Shown here one piece after another: positions 48,199-57,808 of a stretch of DNA of 64,000 bases. The notes under the pieces are model-generated. The model was not told where the DNA came from. It saw nothing but the letters and a program-made list of their open reading frames with translations, and ran no database searches. The translations under genes were made by a program, and so were the position numbers. Source of the DNA: Chthonomonadales bacterium (GTDB lineage: Bacteria > Armatimonadota > Chthonomonadetes > Chthonomonadales > Chthonomonadaceae); NCBI GenBank assembly GCA_038217285.1, contig JBBQPO010000002.1:11483-75482 (forward strand), read 5' to 3'. How positions within the stretch are numbered: position 1 is the stretch's first letter; the number at the start of each line of letters is the position of its first letter.

Positions 48199-48999
48199 GT
48201 GAGTCGTCTGGATGAGCGGTTCGGGGCGCTGCGGGAACGGGGCGAGAAGGCGTTGATCTGTTTTGTGACGGCGGGCGACCCGGATGCGGCGCGAACCGTC
48301 GCGGTCGTGAAGGCGCTGGCAGAAGCGGGCGTGGATGCCGTCGAGATCGGCCTGCCGTTCAGCGACCCCCTGGCGGACGGGCCGAGCATTCAAGCCTCTT
48401 CCCAACGCGCTCTGGACAATGGAATGACTATCGTCAAGGCGCTGGCAATGGTCGCGGAGATTCGCGCTGCCTGCCCCACCCTGCCGCTTATCCTGATGAC
48501 CTACTTCAACCCGATTCGTTACTACGGTCTGGGGCGGTACGCACAGGATGCGAAGGCGCAGGGCGCAGACGCCCACATCGTCACCGACCTGACCCCCGAA
48601 GAGGCCGGGGAGTGGAAGCGGGCGTCGGTGGCGCATGGACTGGACACTGTCTTTCTGCTCGCCCCTACCAGCACCGCAGACCGCATTGAGGTCGTCTCGA
48701 AACTCACTACGGGGTTTGTCTACTGCGTCTCTCGTACCGGTGTCACCGGCGCCAGACAGGACATTCCCGCCGAGCTTACGGATGTCGTGGGGCGCATCAA
48801 GGCCCACACCTCCGCGCCGGTCTGCGTCGGGTTTGGCGTCTCTACCCCCGATCACGTTCGCCATATCTGCGCCTTCGCGGACGGAGTTGTCGTCGGCAGC
48901 GCCCTCGTCAACCTCATCCACAAGCATCGCGACGACAGCGACCTGACGGGCCTTGTCTACGATTTCGCCTCCACGCTCAAAGCCGCAACCAGAGCCTGA
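48199..48999 (+). CDS. trpA: Tryptophan synthase alpha chain
   Basis: TAGDP, EIGLPFSDPLADGPSIQ, MTYFNP, SRTGVTG, VGFG, DGVVVGSA. Confidence 0.97.
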   Translation: MSRLDERFGALRERGEKALICFVTAGDPDAARTVAVVKALAEAGVDAVEIGLPFSDPLADGPSIQASSQRALDNGMTIVKALAMVAEIRAACPTLPLILMTYFNPIRYYGLGRYAQDAKAQGADAHIVTDLTPEEAGEWKRASVAHGLDTVFLLAPTSTADRIEVVSKLTTGFVYCVSRTGVTGARQDIPAELTDVVGRIKAHTSAPVCVGFGVSTPDHVRHICAFADGVVVGSALVNLIHKHRDDSDLTGLVYDFASTLKAATRA

Positions 49000-49009
49000 A
49001 CCCATCCGA

Positions 49010-49348
49010 CTATTTGCCCTGCCAGAACGTCAGCACCAGTCCGCCTGCGACAATCAGCCCGCCTCCGAGGAGCGTGGGCAGCCGCAGGCGTTCCTGAAAC
49101 GCGGCGACGGCAACAACTTGTGACACGACAAAGAAGACCGCAATATAGACGCCCATCAGCCGCCCGAAGTCCCACTTCGGCAGGTTGACAACGATTCCAT
49201 AGGTGAGCAGCAGCAGCCCGCCCACGACGAATCCCGCCCGCTTGCCCTGCAAGCCCGCCCGCATCCCCGCATCGCCACCGGCCTCCAGCAGCGCCGACAG
49301 CGTCAGCAGCGCCAGCAGTTGAACCGCTTTCCAGGCTTTTATCGGCAT
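49010..49348 (-). CDS. Small 4-TM SMR/YnfA-like membrane protein
   Basis: LEAGGD, FGRLMGVYIAVF, four hydrophobic helices. Confidence 0.75.
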   Translation of the reverse strand: MPIKAWKAVQLLALLTLSALLEAGGDAGMRAGLQGKRAGFVVGGLLLLTYGIVVNLPKWDFGRLMGVYIAVFFVVSQVVAVAAFQERLRLPTLLGGGLIVAGGLVLTFWQGK

Positions 49349-49408
49349 TCCCTTTTCTCCCCATCTCTCCCGATATAGGACCTCTCAGGAGCGGTCCTTC
49401 TCATTCGA

Positions 49409-50593
49409 TTAAAAGTCATCGTTGATCCAGGTGGGCGGACCGTCCAGAAGACTGCATAGCGCCTGATAGCCCGCTTCGGCATGAACAGTGATGATCTCGG
49501 CTGCCCGCAGTTCCTCCAGCAAGGGCGCACCGAAGAAGGCTTGCGTCAGTTGGCGGATGTCCATCTCGATCTCCGGGGCATCGGCGGTCGCTGCGATTTC
49601 TACCGTTCCCTCCGCAAACCCTATCCGCCAGGTGCGGGCATTCCAGGGCGCGTGGGTATCCCGAACGGCGACACGTACCGCTCCATTGAGGCTCTTCCCC
49701 GGTTGGAGGCAGGCCAGAGCGCCCGGCACGTCCACGATTCGCGCCATCTGCATCGGGGCCAGTTTGGTTTCCAGTTTCCAGTCCAGAAAATGATTCCAGA
49801 GGCCGTCGTCTGGCGGGGCGTTCCAGGCGAACTTCTTGACCTGCATCTCATGGCGGCGGAGCAGGCCGAGCAGACCACGCCGCGCACGGGGCGTGAGTGT
49901 CAAAAACTCCCGGATGCGTGTCTGTTCTTCCTTCCAGCCGTAAAAGACGAGATAGCCCTCCATCACGCCTTCCTTTTCGTAAACGAACGCATAGGCGTGT
50001 TTCTGCTTTCGATCTTCGAGCAGCCGCTTCCACATCGCCTCCGACCGAACCAGCATTCCCCGATAGCGGCCTGCAAACCGCGTGTAGAGCGCTTCGATGC
50101 CGGGCTTATCGTCGGGAGTGGAGGCGCGAACCGACTCCGTCTCTGGGTCAGGCCGCAAAACGCGGGAATGCACGGTGTACTGCCGCCGTACTCCCGTCCA
50201 GTCCCATCCGAGGTTCTGATAGAAGCTCCAACTGAACGGAGACAGCACGGAAGTGACCTGTCCGGCCTCGCGCATCCGTTCCAGCGCGTACCGGATCGCA
50301 TCGCCCGCGTAGCCTTTGCCCCGCGCCGCCGGAAGGCAGGCAACTCCGCCCACTGCCCCCATCGGCACTTGCACCTCTGGCCCGAACTGGAGTTTGCAGT
50401 CCGTAACCAGCACGGCCGCCTGCAAACCTGCGGCATCAAAAAGACCGAAGGTGATGTTGCGTCCTTTCAACATCTCTTCCATCTTGTGCCACTCTTCCAT
50501 CTCCAGATCGCCCTTTTCAAATGCTTGCGACCACAGAACCGCTGCCTGCTCCTGTTCGTCGTCCGCAAGCGGGCGTATCTCCACTGTCGCCAT
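49409..50593 (-). CDS. Eis-like GNAT acetyltransferase
   Basis: MGAVGGVACLPAARGKGYA, L.PFS..FY...GW, MARIVDV, C-terminal SCP2-like domain ending DDF. Confidence 0.88.
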   Translation of the reverse strand: MATVEIRPLADDEQEQAAVLWSQAFEKGDLEMEEWHKMEEMLKGRNITFGLFDAAGLQAAVLVTDCKLQFGPEVQVPMGAVGGVACLPAARGKGYAGDAIRYALERMREAGQVTSVLSPFSWSFYQNLGWDWTGVRRQYTVHSRVLRPDPETESVRASTPDDKPGIEALYTRFAGRYRGMLVRSEAMWKRLLEDRKQKHAYAFVYEKEGVMEGYLVFYGWKEEQTRIREFLTLTPRARRGLLGLLRRHEMQVKKFAWNAPPDDGLWNHFLDWKLETKLAPMQMARIVDVPGALACLQPGKSLNGAVRVAVRDTHAPWNARTWRIGFAEGTVEIAATADAPEIEMDIRQLTQAFFGAPLLEELRAAEIITVHAEAGYQALCSLLDGPPTWINDDF

Positions 50594-50801
50594 CGTCGCC
50601 ATCTCCTTTTGCCCATCGCATTTCCCCTGACGTCTTGCTGGCTCCTCCGTTTTCTGCTGCGGGGAGGAGGAGCCTGAAAGCCTTGTGGCCGGCGTTGTGT
50701 AAGACGCATCACACGCTTGTGTGCGCCATATCACAGACGCTGCCTCGCCGCCCCTTTATACTATGGGTATCACTGTGCTGTATCGAAAGGGAACCACCAA
50801 A

Positions 50802-51884
50802 ATGCAAACACGTCGCTCACTGATTCTCGTGCTGCTTCTCGCCGCCATGACGCTGCCCGCGCTGTGCCGCGCCGACTCGGAACCGATGGTTCTGAAGGCA
50901 AGTCTGCGGATTAACACCAGCAAATTTCTGCGCTACTTCACCACGCCTACCGCCAAAGAGCCGGTCTACAACACGACCGCCTGGGTGCCGCGTCTGTCGT
51001 TCACCATCGCCGGGCCGCTCGCCGGGGGCAGTCAACTCAGCATCACCTTTAACAAGCCGGACGGAACTCCCTGGCTGAATATGCCGCTCACGACGCCGGA
51101 AATCCCTGAAAACGAGTATGCGGGCATCAACAACCAGAGTATCTCGAACGAATATCTGGAGAAGCGGGCCACCATCGTCACCGGGCTTTTCTCCTACAGT
51201 ATCCACCTCAAAAACGCCCTCGCCGGTACCGAGAAAACCCTGATGTCGGGCAAGTTCAAGGTCGGCAAGTTCCACTACGGCAACGCGCTGCCCGAGTACA
51301 AAAATCAGAACGAGTACTTCATTGACCACGACTGGACACTGCCCATCGGCACGATGGGTTTCGATGATCGCCCGGATGTCGAAGCCCCGCAACTGCACGC
51401 CGCCATGTGGTTCCGAGGCGTTCTGGATACGACTACCCTGACAGGCTATGTCTTCTACAAGGGCAAACAGATTTGCAGCACGAAGACGCAGGGCAGCCTC
51501 GGTATCAAAGACGATATGTGTACACCCGGCGCACAGGCCGATCCCCGTTGGCAGCGCTGGCTGTTCAATTTCAGCAGCATCGCCTCCACGAACAAGATGA
51601 CGAGCGCCGGACAATACCCGGACACCCATTTCCTCGACAAGAATCCCGGCGTCTACGAGATCAAAATTCTGCGTGACGGCAAGCTCGCCCGCACCGCCAC
51701 CTTCACGGTCGGCGAGGACGGCAAAGTCGTGGACAACGGTCTGAACGCGAAAAACAAAATCGGCGGCACCTACTTCATGCTCCCGGTCAAAGTCATTCCC
51801 GGCACCGACGGCAAAGCCGTCCTGACCACCTATACCACGGACTCCTTCTATGGCAATCCCATCACCGGCTTCCCCGCGCCGTAG
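50802..51884 (+). CDS. Secreted hypothetical protein
   Basis: Signal peptide MQTRRSLILVLLLAAMTLPALCRA. Confidence 0.75.
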   Translation: MQTRRSLILVLLLAAMTLPALCRADSEPMVLKASLRINTSKFLRYFTTPTAKEPVYNTTAWVPRLSFTIAGPLAGGSQLSITFNKPDGTPWLNMPLTTPEIPENEYAGINNQSISNEYLEKRATIVTGLFSYSIHLKNALAGTEKTLMSGKFKVGKFHYGNALPEYKNQNEYFIDHDWTLPIGTMGFDDRPDVEAPQLHAAMWFRGVLDTTTLTGYVFYKGKQICSTKTQGSLGIKDDMCTPGAQADPRWQRWLFNFSSIASTNKMTSAGQYPDTHFLDKNPGVYEIKILRDGKLARTATFTVGEDGKVVDNGLNAKNKIGGTYFMLPVKVIPGTDGKAVLTTYTTDSFYGNPITGFPAP

Positions 51885-52021
51885 CCATAACCCGAAGGTT
51901 TGCCGGGGGTTAGAGGGCAGTTGGCCGGAGGTTGAAAACCCTATGCGCTAACTCACGGCTTCCGGCGCAGGTATCTGTTCCTGTTTGAGCATGAGCGCTC
52001 GCTCGCTCGCTACACTGGGGT

Positions 52022-52257
52022 GACCTCATCCCCCAGCCCCCTTCTCCCGGGCGGTCGCAGGCTCCCTGGGAGAAGGGGGCTTTTCAGGCTTGCGAATGTC
52101 CTGGCGTGTTCGTTGCTATCAGAGAGGGAGGAGGGGGAGAAGAGGGAGAGGGATTGTCCTTCTCTTTTGCTTCTGCGTCCTCAACATTACTCCTGCATTT
52201 GCCACTCTCCCAGGGAGCCTGCGATCGTCTGGGAGAAGGGGGTTGGGGGATGAGGTC
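52022..52257. repeat. 52-bp inverted repeat (REP-like) between convergent genes
   Basis: 52022-52073 versus 52206-52257, 48/52 identical. Confidence 0.8.
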
Positions 52258-52388
52258 CTCCAAGCCGGGCATAGCGTTCAAAGTGCCTAAGTTAGCGCCT
52301 ATGGGGTGCCCCCCCCGGCCAACAGCCAGCAACGCCCTCGAATCACTGCCAACCAACAGGGCATTTCCGTCTGGAAGACGTTTGCACT

Positions 52389-53450
52389 TTAATGACGGGG
52401 GTTTTCAACCCCCGGTACGGATAGAGGATTATTCTCCTTCTGCCAGCGCTCGTAGATGTCGGCGATGACGTTGTCAATCTGGCCGCGATGGGTTTCGACA
52501 TCGAGAAGGCGAGTCTGTTCCGCTGCCTGCTGAAGCAGTGCGGAGATGCTGACCTGCGTGGCGTCGAAGGCGTACTCGTGGCGGTTGGCCTCGCTGCTCA
52601 GGTGTTCCGCGCCGAGGAGGACGGGAGCCACCGGGGTTTCGGTTTCCAGGGTCAGGCTGCGGCGGTCGGCGAACTCGCGGCGCAATCGCACAAAGTCACC
52701 GTCGTAGGCGAGGCGGCCTTTGTCTACCAGAACGATGCGCCCCGCCAGTTGCTCCAGTTCCGCCATGTCGTGGCTCGTCACCATGACGGTCATACGCCGT
52801 TCCCGGTTGATCTCTTTGATGAACTGGAGGATATTTCGCTTCGCCAGCACATCCAGGCCAAGCGTCGGCTCGTCGAGGAAGAGAATGTCCGGCTCGTGCA
52901 GCAGTGCGAGGCCCAGGTCGGCCCGCATTCGCTGCCCCAGACTGAGTTCGCGGACAAGCGTCTGGAAAAACTCATCGAGACCCAGCACCTCCTTCACGAA
53001 ACCCAACATTCGGTCGTAGCGCTCACGGGGGATGTCCCAGACCACCCGCTTCCACTCGAAACTTGCCGCCACCGGATGCTCGGACCAGAGTTCGGTGCGC
53101 TGTCCGAATACTACACCGATACTGCCAACAAAACGCACTCGCTCCCGCATCGGATCGAAGCCCAGCACCCGCACCGTGCCGGTGTCCGGGGCCAGCATCC
53201 CGGAACAGAGCTTGACCGTCGTGCTTTTGCCTGCCCCGTTCGGCCCGGCGTAGGCGACGATTTCGCCCCGATGAATCTGCATCGAAATGTCGCGCAGGGC
53301 ATGAACCTCTTTGATGGTGGGGTGAAACAGGTTGCGGAACACGTCGCTCAATCGTTCGGAACGCTGCCGCTGCCGAAACATCTTGCCCACCCCGCACAAC
53401 TCAATTACGATGTCCGAATCCGCTGTAGCGCTGTGATCCTGTCTTCGCAT
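52389..53450 (-). CDS. ABC transporter ATP-binding protein
   Basis: GPNGAGKST, VVFGQR, LSLGQRMR, LDEPT. Confidence 0.95.
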   Translation of the reverse strand: MRRQDHSATADSDIVIELCGVGKMFRQRQRSERLSDVFRNLFHPTIKEVHALRDISMQIHRGEIVAYAGPNGAGKSTTVKLCSGMLAPDTGTVRVLGFDPMRERVRFVGSIGVVFGQRTELWSEHPVAASFEWKRVVWDIPRERYDRMLGFVKEVLGLDEFFQTLVRELSLGQRMRADLGLALLHEPDILFLDEPTLGLDVLAKRNILQFIKEINRERRMTVMVTSHDMAELEQLAGRIVLVDKGRLAYDGDFVRLRREFADRRSLTLETETPVAPVLLGAEHLSSEANRHEYAFDATQVSISALLQQAAEQTRLLDVETHRGQIDNVIADIYERWQKENNPLSVPGVENPRH

Positions 53451-54252
53451 ACGTCTGCATTCCCTTCCGAAAGGCGATGGTCGCCAGCAGGCTCAACACC
53501 AGCGCGGCACACGGCGTTTTCCACAGACTGAGCGCGGAGGTATCCATACCGAGCAGCGCCCTGCAGGGGATCCAGGCCAGAAACCCGACCGGCAGCGCCG
53601 TCACCAGCCCGAAACGAAGCAGTCCTCCGGCTCCGTTGAGGGGATACTGCTTGAGTTGGCTCATCAGTTCCAGGGTCGAGGTGTTGATCTCTTCCGCCGC
53701 ACGGGGAGCCGCAAACGCCAGACTGCCCCACAGAAACTGATAGGAGATCAGCACGATCATCGAGGCCGTTAGGCTGAGTGCGAACGCAGGCAGGGAGACG
53801 GGATGCGTCAGCCGCACGGACGCCCACCAGACCATGATAAACCCCGGCACAAGCATCGGCACTGCGTAAGCGGGCGCAAACCCTTCCGTCAGCAGCGACA
53901 TCCAGAGCGGCTGTGGCTGAATGAGGAGATGGTCCATCTGCCCGCGCCCGATCCGGCGGCTGATATACAGGACGTTATAGTTGAAAAACAGCGCACTCAC
54001 GCCATCCACCAGAGCGGCGTAGCCCAGCATGAAGACAGTCTGCGCCAGGCTCCAGACCCCGATGCCCTGAAACCGGGTGGCGAGAAATAGCATTCCCATC
54101 ACAGCGGTTACGTTCGTGATAATATCCGAGATGGTCCAGATCACAAACGAGTTAAGGTCGCGGGTAAGAGTAAGCAGGTTCAGACGTGTATAGACCCACC
54201 AGAGCCGCAAGATACGCACCGGAAACGCGGTCAGCCTCGTCTCAGCCGCCAT
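53401..54252 (-). CDS. ABC-2 type permease (DUF990-like)
   Basis: Six TM, IGRGQMDHLLIQP, YPL. Confidence 0.88.
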   Translation of the reverse strand: MAAETRLTAFPVRILRLWWVYTRLNLLTLTRDLNSFVIWTISDIITNVTAVMGMLFLATRFQGIGVWSLAQTVFMLGYAALVDGVSALFFNYNVLYISRRIGRGQMDHLLIQPQPLWMSLLTEGFAPAYAVPMLVPGFIMVWWASVRLTHPVSLPAFALSLTASMIVLISYQFLWGSLAFAAPRAAEEINTSTLELMSQLKQYPLNGAGGLLRFGLVTALPVGFLAWIPCRALLGMDTSALSLWKTPCAALVLSLLATIAFRKGMQTYAKTGSQRYSGFGHRN

Positions 54253-55063
54253 ACGACACCATCCTCTCCCGGTTGCGTTGCCATAACCAGATTGCCAGAG
54301 GCCAGAGCAGCGCTGCCCACAACGCCTGCATCGCGAGCATGAACAGCGTCGGGCCGCTGCCGATATAGATTTTCAATGGCGTCGAGGCGGTCGCAGCGAA
54401 CGGCAGCCACTCGAACACCCGGCCTACGGACGGCGGCAGCAGGGCCAGCGGCAAAAAAGCCCCCGACAGCGCCGCCCAGATCGCCGCCCGCAGGCTGTTG
54501 AGAGCATAGGGGTCTACCTTGAGGGCGATGGCAACGCCAGAAAAAATATACTCCATTGCCAGACTGACCGCCACTGCCATTCCGAGACTCACCGCAAACA
54601 GGAGTCCGGCCCCGATGCTGGCAGGCAGCGGATTGACGCCGAGCAACGGGGCCAACGCCAACAGCGGCAGAGAGAATAACAGCAGACCGAGCGCAATCGG
54701 CCCCAGCATCTCGGCGGTGAACTGCGCGAAGATGCCCATCGGCCGCAGGAAGCGCGTCGCGATGTCGCCGCTCCAGAACGCATCCTCCAGCCAGGTGCGG
54801 CAGGCCAGAAGCTGCTCTACCGCCTCCCCGACGACGGTATAGGTCAGCACCTGTGCCAGCGTCAGACCAGAGGTCGCCCCGTGAGTCGGCAGCAGAGTGC
54901 GCCACAGTGTCAGCAGGACGAGAACGCGCAGCAGACGCAGCAGGTAGTTGAACAGATAGAACGGGCTATCGCCTATCATGCCCGTCGCCTTCATCGCCGC
55001 CGATTTTCCGTACTGCCGCAAAGACTGCACGATCCCCACTGCTCCCCCTCCTCCAACGCACAA
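54242..55063 (-). CDS. ABC-2 type permease (DUF990-like); start uncertain
   Basis: SGDIA..FLRP, LSGAFLPL, WLPF, ends YGG. Confidence 0.88.
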   Translation of the reverse strand: MCVGGGGAVGIVQSLRQYGKSAAMKATGMIGDSPFYLFNYLLRLLRVLVLLTLWRTLLPTHGATSGLTLAQVLTYTVVGEAVEQLLACRTWLEDAFWSGDIATRFLRPMGIFAQFTAEMLGPIALGLLLFSLPLLALAPLLGVNPLPASIGAGLLFAVSLGMAVAVSLAMEYIFSGVAIALKVDPYALNSLRAAIWAALSGAFLPLALLPPSVGRVFEWLPFAATASTPLKIYIGSGPTLFMLAMQALWAALLWPLAIWLWQRNRERMVSYGG

Positions 55064-55070
55064 GAAGAGA

Positions 55071-56249
55071 TTAAAACGAATCGTTCATCCACATCGGTGG
55101 GCCGTCGAGGAACTGCCGCAGCGCTTCATAACCCGTTTCCGAGTGGACTTCAAGTCTCCCGCCCTGGCGCAGGCTGTCCAGATTCGGCGTTCCGTGATAC
55201 GCCTGCGAAAGCGCCTGAATATCGAGCGTGAGGTCGGGTTGGGTCTGAATCGGGGAGATGGCAGCCTCGCCCGCGCCAAACTCCAGCCGCCAGGTCGCGT
55301 TGTTCCAGGGAGCGGTCGTGTCCAGAACGCGCAGCACGACCGCACCGGAAATCACTGCGTCCGGCTTCCAGGCCATCAGCGCCGTAGGAACGTCCACAAT
55401 GCGTGCCATCGTCACCGGACGGGTCTGCGTTTTCATATCCCAGTGATAGACCTGATGCCAGAGCGCATCGTCTTCGGGCGCAGACCAGGCGAAATTCTCG
55501 ACCTGCATCTCATGCCGCCGCAGGAGACCGAGCAGACCACGCTGCGCCTGCGGGGTCAGCGCAACGAACTCGCGCAGGCGGGTCTCTTCGCGTTTCCAGC
55601 CCCGGAAGGTGAGGTAGCCTTCTACGTGACCGTCCTGTTCATAGAGGTAGGTATAGGTATACTCGCGGTCGCCATCGTCCAGAATGCGGTTCCAGAACCG
55701 CTCATCCCGGACGATGAGGCCCCGATACCGTCCGGCATAGGCTGTGTAACAGGCATTGATCGCGGCCCGGTCTGCCGGGCGAGCGGCGCGGACGTTCGCC
55801 GTCCCTTTGTCCGTCTGGAAGACCCGCGTCGTCACGACATAGTCGCTGCGCTTGCCGACCCAGGCCCAACCCAATCGCCCGTAGAACTCCCAACTGAACG
55901 GGAACAGGTCAGAGACAAACTCGCCCTTCTCCCGCATCTGCTCCAGCGTATGGCGCAGAATCTTGCCCGCGTAACCGCGTCCCCGGCTGGCAGGAAGCGA
56001 CACTACGCCCGCGATGCCGCCCATTGAGAAGACGCAGTTCGGGCCGAACTGCTGCTGATAGTGGATGACGGTCGCCTTCGCCTGCAAACCCTCAGCGTCC
56101 CAGATGCCATAGGAGGTGGAGGGCAGACGGTTGGGGTCTTTGCGCCGGTTCTCCGCAAAATTGTCGTCTCGTTCGCCATGTCCGAACGCCTGTGTGCCAA
56201 GATAGTAGGCTTCTTGCAGTTCGTCATCGGTGATTTCTCGAATTTCCAC
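55071..56249 (-). CDS. Eis-like GNAT acetyltransferase (paralogue of 49409..50593)
   Basis: MGGIAGVVSLPASRGRGYA, GLLRRHEMQV, MARIVDV, ends DSF. Confidence 0.88.
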   Translation of the reverse strand: MEIREITDDELQEAYYLGTQAFGHGERDDNFAENRRKDPNRLPSTSYGIWDAEGLQAKATVIHYQQQFGPNCVFSMGGIAGVVSLPASRGRGYAGKILRHTLEQMREKGEFVSDLFPFSWEFYGRLGWAWVGKRSDYVVTTRVFQTDKGTANVRAARPADRAAINACYTAYAGRYRGLIVRDERFWNRILDDGDREYTYTYLYEQDGHVEGYLTFRGWKREETRLREFVALTPQAQRGLLGLLRRHEMQVENFAWSAPEDDALWHQVYHWDMKTQTRPVTMARIVDVPTALMAWKPDAVISGAVVLRVLDTTAPWNNATWRLEFGAGEAAISPIQTQPDLTLDIQALSQAYHGTPNLDSLRQGGRLEVHSETGYEALRQFLDGPPMWMNDSF

Positions 56250-56321
56250 GCCTGTACTCCTTTTTGCTCTGCGCCTTACTGCTGCGAATGGCTGCCGTCA
56301 AAAAAATCTGTTCCAAACCGC

Positions 56322-56350
56322 TTGACTTTCGCGATTCTACCTGCGATAAT
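56322..56350 (+). promoter_or_regulatory. Sigma70-type promoter
   Basis: TTGACT-N17-GATAAT with extended -10 TG. Confidence 0.75.
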
Positions 56351-56356
56351 AGCCTT

Positions 56357-56510
56357 GACTTGAAAGGAGGTGGTGGCTAGCATGAATGATAGTCAACGAG
56401 GTGAGCAGGCGGTCTAGCCTGTTTTAGCCAAGGGGTTATGAACGGGCGACCGTCCTGACCCGCCTGCAAGTGGCCCGGAACGCGCAAGCGGCTCCGGGCC
56501 ACCTCCTTTT
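56357..56510 (+). ncRNA. Candidate structured small RNA or sORF transcript
   Basis: Own promoter, GNRA-capped hairpins, long-range pairings, terminal stem + U run; 11-codon ORF 56382-56417. Confidence 0.55.
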
Positions 56511-56588
56511 GTTCTGTCGCTTTCCACACAAAAACGCCACCGGCAGAGCAGCCTGTGCCGGTGGCGCGAACCCTCGGACGAACATCCG

Positions 56589-57740
56589 TCAGGGGTTCGG
56601 AACCTGCCACTGCGCGATACGCTCCGCGACGCTATTGAGAAACTTCGCCGCCTCCACCCCATAGATAAGCCGATGATCGAAGGTGAGGACAAGGTTTGCC
56701 CGTACCCGGCCCTCCTGCTCGAAGGCCGCGCCCAGAAACAGAATGGCGACAGCGGGAGCAACCAGCACGGGAATCGCGTCCTCGATTCCCGTCGCGCCCA
56801 GATAGGTCAGCAACAGTTGCGTATCGGCCTCCACCTGATCCTCTCCCGTTCGCGCCGACTGAATCTTGGCCTGTGCGGTCGTCACAAAGGCCGGAAAATC
56901 TAGCGTGTCCGCATTCGGGACGACGGCGGTGGTCAGCTCCTCGTTCGGACGGGCGACGGCGATGCCGAGATTGAGATGGGCGAACTCACGCACGACCTCT
57001 TCCCCGATGAGCGTGGAACGGAACTTCGGAAACTCCCGCACCGTCTGCGCCACACAAAAGGCGAAGGTCTGAAACTCCGTCGGACGCGGTTCGGCACCCT
57101 TCTCACGCGCCTCCGTGACAAACTCCCGCACTGCGTTCCACTCCACGGGACGCCGTATTGTTCCCGATATCACCACCTGGGCGCTGCGCCGCAGGCGATA
57201 GGCAAATGTGCGCTGCTGCGCGGAGAGGGAATACTCCGCATAGTCCGGCTGGGCTTCCACACTCGCTCGGCCCTTGTCTGCGAGATAGGCATCCACGTCG
57301 GCGGGCATCAACTTGCCCGTCACTGCCGGAATCAGCAGCATCTCCGCTTCGGTCAGACCCTTCTCTTTGCCGTAGGCGCGGGTGCGGGGTGGAATGATAA
57401 CCGGAGGTCGGGAGCCGTTCGCACTGCTGCCTTTGCCTGCTCCATTGAGGGTGCCAATACCGGGGCGGTCCTCGGCCACAAGAGAGGCTGCACTCTCCGC
57501 ACTGACTTCAATCCGAGCCACCGGAGCGCCTACCGACAGAATGGTTCCGGCCTGCGCCAGCCACTCCCGCAGCACTCCCTCAAACGGCGATTCGACATCC
57601 AGCGTCGCCTTGTCCGTCTCCATACTATAGAGCAGTTCATCCCGTTGCACCTGGTCTCCCGGCTGCTTCTGGAACTCCAGAATGCGGACTTCCGTCAGGC
57701 CTTCGCCCATCTGCGGGACCAGCACCTCTACCATTGCCAT
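56589..57740 (-). CDS. 2-oxoacid dehydrogenase E2-like acyltransferase
   Basis: Lipoyl domain ETDKA; NLGIAVA; LTFDHRLIYG. Confidence 0.85.
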   Translation of the reverse strand: MAMVEVLVPQMGEGLTEVRILEFQKQPGDQVQRDELLYSMETDKATLDVESPFEGVLREWLAQAGTILSVGAPVARIEVSAESAASLVAEDRPGIGTLNGAGKGSSANGSRPPVIIPPRTRAYGKEKGLTEAEMLLIPAVTGKLMPADVDAYLADKGRASVEAQPDYAEYSLSAQQRTFAYRLRRSAQVVISGTIRRPVEWNAVREFVTEAREKGAEPRPTEFQTFAFCVAQTVREFPKFRSTLIGEEVVREFAHLNLGIAVARPNEELTTAVVPNADTLDFPAFVTTAQAKIQSARTGEDQVEADTQLLLTYLGATGIEDAIPVLVAPAVAILFLGAAFEQEGRVRANLVLTFDHRLIYGVEAAKFLNSVAERIAQWQVPNP

Positions 57741-57808
57741 ACAATCACCCCGTCGCCTCTCCTCATTATTCTTTATCGGATTCAAGAGGTTCTCTCTGTT
57801 TACGCGCT

